Shown here: positions 62,371 to 64,000 of the stretch, piece by piece
How the letters are laid out: each line of letters starts with the position of its first letter
Numbering within the stretch: position 1 is the first letter of the stretch
Source: Lama guanicoe
Lineage: Eukaryota
Reading direction: 5' to 3'
DNA length: 64,000 nucleotides
Assembly (NCBI GenBank): GCA_013239625.1
Contig: MU053431.1
Location: 744,001-808,000, forward strand
The notes under the pieces: model-generated
The model's database searches: none
Told to the model about the DNA's origin: nothing
What the model saw: only the letters and a program-made list of their open reading frames with translations
Program-made: the position numbers and the translations under genes

Positions 62371-62467
62371 GGGTCCGCCGGGGTCAGGCGGGGTCAGCCG
62401 GGGTCAGCGCCAGGGCAGGGCAGCCGGGGTCAGCCGGGGTCAGGCGGGGTCAGCCGGGGTCAGAGCC
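62371..62467 (+). repeat. 10-bp tandem repeat (GGGTCAGSCG)n in two blocks
   Basis: GGGTCA at 62381, 62391, 62401, 62427, 62437, 62447 and 62457. Confidence 0.92.
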
Positions 62468-64000
62468 AGGCCAGAGCAGCCATGTTGAGCTGAGGAGGCA
62501 GTTCAGCGGCGGCTGAGAGACCTGAAGGGACCTCGGGTGCTCGGGCTGGCGGCCAGTGGAGGGAAATGCTGTCCGTCACCTGCCTTCCGATGCTCCGTCA
62601 AGGGAGCCGAAGTGAGAAGCGAGAGGGTCTCCGTCCCCTCAGACCAGCCGGCCACCCGAGCGGCCGCGGCCGGGGCCCCACCCGCCACGGGCCGGATGTG
62701 CAGCCGCTTCCCGCCCCGCGCAGGCTACCCGCTCCCACCAGTCTCCCTGGGAGGAAAGCCCCTCTTGCTGCAGCTTCGGGGGAACGAGCGGGCGGAGGTG
62801 GGAAGCGCGCCCTGCGGACTGGGTGGGGGCCCAGGACACCTCCAGAGCTGGTGTCGCGGGGATCCCCCCCCCCGAGTCTCCGGCGGCTCGGCGGTCACTT
62901 GCTGGGGGACGACGTCAGTCCTGGTGACCGCTGCGCATGGGTCCCCACCTGCTGTATCTGGACCCTGTGTGACGGACACTCACCCCAGGTTTGATGTCAA
63001 GCGGGCCAGTCGGAGGACGGAAAAATGAAAGGCAGAAAAGCGCCATGTAAACAGGGCGGAGGTCGGATTTCCCCACGGCGCTTCCAGAAAGTTGGGATTG
63101 CTGACTAGTTAATTTTGGTGGGACTCGAGCCCAAGGATCTACTTGCCCTGGACTCCGGGCGCCGCCCTCGGGGAGCCTCAGTCTTCTCTGTGAATTGAGG
63201 TAAGAATCCAGCCGCCTCGGAATGTCCTGACGTGTAGGGAGAGCCTGGGTGGCGGCGACCTTGCGCGTACATGGCAGGCTGGGGTGTGTCACTCAGCCCC
63301 CCGTGGCTCTTTTTGGAAATAACCACAGTCCAGGGCACGGATGGGGGTGCCGTGAACCCCTTCATGCCCCACAGTGGCGTGGTGTTCTCAGGGGACACCG
63401 CCTCCCTCCTGCTCCCTCGTGGGGCATCCCCGTGCGGGTCAGAGCTTGGGGTCAGCGGGCCATCACAGGCTCGAGGCCTGGGCACGCTCAGGACCTGCCT
63501 CACGTGCAGCCCCCTGCGCTCACTGGGGACCCAGCACCACTCCAGGCCCAGGTGTGCACCCTTGGGTCCAGCCAGCCGCCCGGCAGGAGCGGTTCTGATC
63601 AGTCCCACACACGGCGTCCCGTGTGGAGGCATGACCATGACCCGGGCCCTGGTTTCTGGGGTGGAAGACAGTCCAGGAGCCAAGATGCATGAAGATGCCC
63701 CGACCCAGGTGCCTGTGGTCACTCTGCCCCGACCCACATCTCCAGGGAAATGAATGCTTTGCTGTGCGTCCTGGTGGCTGACAGTCAGCGTCATGGCTTT
63801 TCACGCAGTGAGAGAAAAATGACAACCCGCAGAATGTGGAAGGACAGTGATCAGCCTTTAATTGTACTTATCCAAGTCCATTTGGTGAAAGACGCTGCTG
63901 GCGTATTTTTATTCTCACAGTTTTGCTTTTCCCGAGTAGAAGCGTCCCTCGGTGGGGTCCTCTGGTTTCCTGTTCCCAGAAAGTCTCCTCTAGTAGGATG

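Larger units (their letters stand above)
40422..64000 (+). other. CDH4: CDH4 intron 2, 5' portion (continues beyond the window)
   Basis: Donor GTAAGG at 40422. I saw no exon-3-like peptide (KFSSC...) downstream in the window. Intron 2 of type I classical cadherins is known to be very long. Confidence 0.88.

Noticed and set aside
58798-62467. Tandem repeats as CRISPR-like arrays
   Set aside because: Head-to-tail units with no unique spacers, no cas genes, and a mammalian context.

Overview
Mammalian genomic DNA, GC-rich and repeat-strewn. The L1 3' ends look cetartiodactyl, most like camelid; this is inferred from remembered consensi, not from a search. The only gene I can support is the 5' end of CDH4 (cadherin-4/R-cadherin) on the + strand. 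It comprises a CpG-island promoter (~37.7-39.5 kb), exon 1 ending at 38121 (signal peptide ...GVLLVLLSLSGALR|gtaagt), a 2188-bp intron 1, the 112-nt exon 2 (40310-40421) and the first ~23.6 kb of the large intron 2. The upstream 37 kb has no recognisable gene and consists of old L1, L2, MIR, MaLR (MLT1) and hAT (MER) relics plus AT-rich, homeobox-motif-rich islands. Almost all ORFs in the supplied track are chance ORFs of GC-rich DNA. I found no prokaryote-type system and no convincing new multi-gene system. The most notable observations are: (1) the CDH4 start ATG is absent, with TGA at the expected codon-1 position; (2) a tandem array of GGGTCA half-sites in DR4 spacing in intron 2; (3) strong AT-to-GC drift of upstream transposon copies; (4) a 38-bp inverted duplication at the edge of a purine-rich repeat; (5) a candidate frame-preserving 30-nt microexon or recursive splice site. 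Repeat subfamily names and boundaries are approximate and from memory.
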